A stretch of DNA of 64,000 nucleotides from Eledone cirrhosa (taxonomy: Eukaryota): assembly GCA_964016885.1 (NCBI GenBank), contig OZ024744.1, positions 106,826,001 through 106,890,000 of the forward strand, read 5' to 3'. The notes beneath the pieces were generated by a model, which worked only from the letters and a program-made list of their open reading frames with translations, did no database searches and was not told where the DNA came from. A program made the translations under genes and the position numbers. Positions 62,490-64,000 of this stretch are shown here, piece after piece (within the stretch, counting starts at the first letter, position 1; each line of letters begins with the position of its first letter).

Positions 62490-62972
62490 ACGGTGTACAG
62501 ATAATAATAATACAGGTAAAAATAGCACATGTGAAAAAATAGTAAAAAGTCATAATTTAGTTTTAAAAATATATCAACTTCAAAAATGAATATGAACTGT
62601 AGATAATTTGATTAAATTTTGTTTGAGGGGATCAGAAAATATATCAATATTATAGCTAAGGAAAATAGTTACATTCTATTGAAATACAATAAAGAACAAA
62701 AAGATGCATTGTTGAAAACAGTGGAAACTGATATCTACAAATAAGACAACAACAACAACACTGAAAACAATTAAATTCTTGTAGGTGGTGTGTGTGTGTA
62801 AGTGTGAGTGTATATATGTATATATATATATATGTATGTGTGTGTGGTTGTGTATGTATGTGTCTATGTGTGTGTATTCTGACTTTTCTCCCTTAACCCT
62901 TTAACATTTACATTTCTCTATATCTACTATTGTATTTTTACAGTAAACACTTTATTTTACATAATTATAATA

Positions 62973-63155
62973 ATTGTTTCTACTTTAGGCACAAGGCCAG
63001 CAATTACCCAGTGCATTACTGGTACTTTATTTTATCGACCCCGTAAGGATGAAAGGCAAAGTCAACCTCAGCGGGATTTGAACTCAGATCGTAAAGGGAC
63101 GTAACTATGCTGGAAAGCATGGCGTCCGACCCTCTACTGATACTGCCAATCCACC
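62973..63155 (-). mobile_element. tRNA-derived Nin-like SINE
   Basis: Near-identical to 52919-53104. Confidence 0.82.
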
Positions 63156-63159
63156 ATGC

Positions 63160-63510
63160 ACTACAACTCGTCAAAGGTGCATGTATAGTACATACAATAA
63201 TACACAAATGTCAGGGAAGTGAATAGTGTATGAGTCATGATATACATGTGTGTATAGAGGGGGAACATTAGGTGTAGTGTTGGCGAATCTCGGGAAGCAT
63301 GGAGGCCTTAAAGGATGCAGTGTCTCGACAAAAACAACTGATGCAGGTAGTTTGTTCCATGCTTCAGCAACTCTGAGCGTGAAAAAATGTTTCCGAAAGT
63401 CATGGGAACTGTACTGTTTTCTGACTTTGTGGGCATGCCGACGTGTGTGAGACACATGGAAATCAAAAAGGTACTCAGGGTTGTTGTTAGCAAGATGGTT
63501 CACAATTTTA
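63160..63510 (-). mobile_element. CR1-like LINE 3' end
   Basis: HAHKVRKQYSSHDFRKHFFTLRVAEAWNKLPASVV matches the FFxxRVxxxWNxLP C-terminal motif. Confidence 0.7.
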
Positions 63511-64000
63511 TCTCACATAATATCGAATCTATAAGATTTTAATATTATTTATTTTGAGAACAATACCTTGATATAAGTATGAGTGGCTGGTTACAGCCGA
63601 TTTGAATAGAAAGAGGTGAGAGAATTCTGTTCGGATACGGCTGGTTTAAATACTAATGGGTTAACCTTATTTTATGTTAATACATGATCTTCAGTTCATA
63701 TATATATCTTTAATAAACTATTTATATTAATTGTGCCATTTCCCCCTATTTTCCCACATGTACTACTATTACTAGTACTATTTTTATACTAATTCTATTT
63801 ATACTAGAGTTATTTTCAACTAAATTTTAAAACAGTAAAAGCTTGCTTGCAATTTATTTATAAATAGGTCAGTGTGAACCAATTACAAATTCCTCGCCTC
63901 CTCAAATAAATAATTTAGTGCAAGATGTGAAAACTCATTCAGATTATTAAATAATTATTATTTTAGAAGAAATATATTTAAATATAATGTAGATTATTGT

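Noticed and set aside
55486-64000. Further upstream NEURL4 exons
   Set aside because: I found no NHR-like peptide with suitable splice sites by eye; they are probably beyond the window.

Overview
AT-rich eukaryotic genomic DNA, most likely from a coleoid cephalopod (Octopus-like SINEs and microsatellites; this is inference). The window carries 13 internal coding exons of a NEURL4 (neuralized-like 4) gene on the minus strand. They total about 1.85 kb with GT-AG boundaries and a consistent reading frame, covering the end of NHR4, NHR5, NHR6 and the start of the C-terminal ADP-ribosyltransferase-like domain; both gene ends lie outside the window. About half the window is intronic minisatellite: at least 11 arrays with units of 29-95 bp, some clearly seeded from local LINE or SINE sequence. 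The introns also hold decayed LINEs (L1/Tx1, RTE, REL-endonuclease type, CR1-like), two tRNA-derived SINE families and a mariner remnant. The most striking unannotated signal is about a dozen type I hammerhead-ribozyme motifs from several unrelated sequence families. Many sit in long DNA fold-back palindromes next to (TA)n tracts, like Penelope-like element pLTR or retrozyme remnants, and the solo intact copies are antisense to the host gene.
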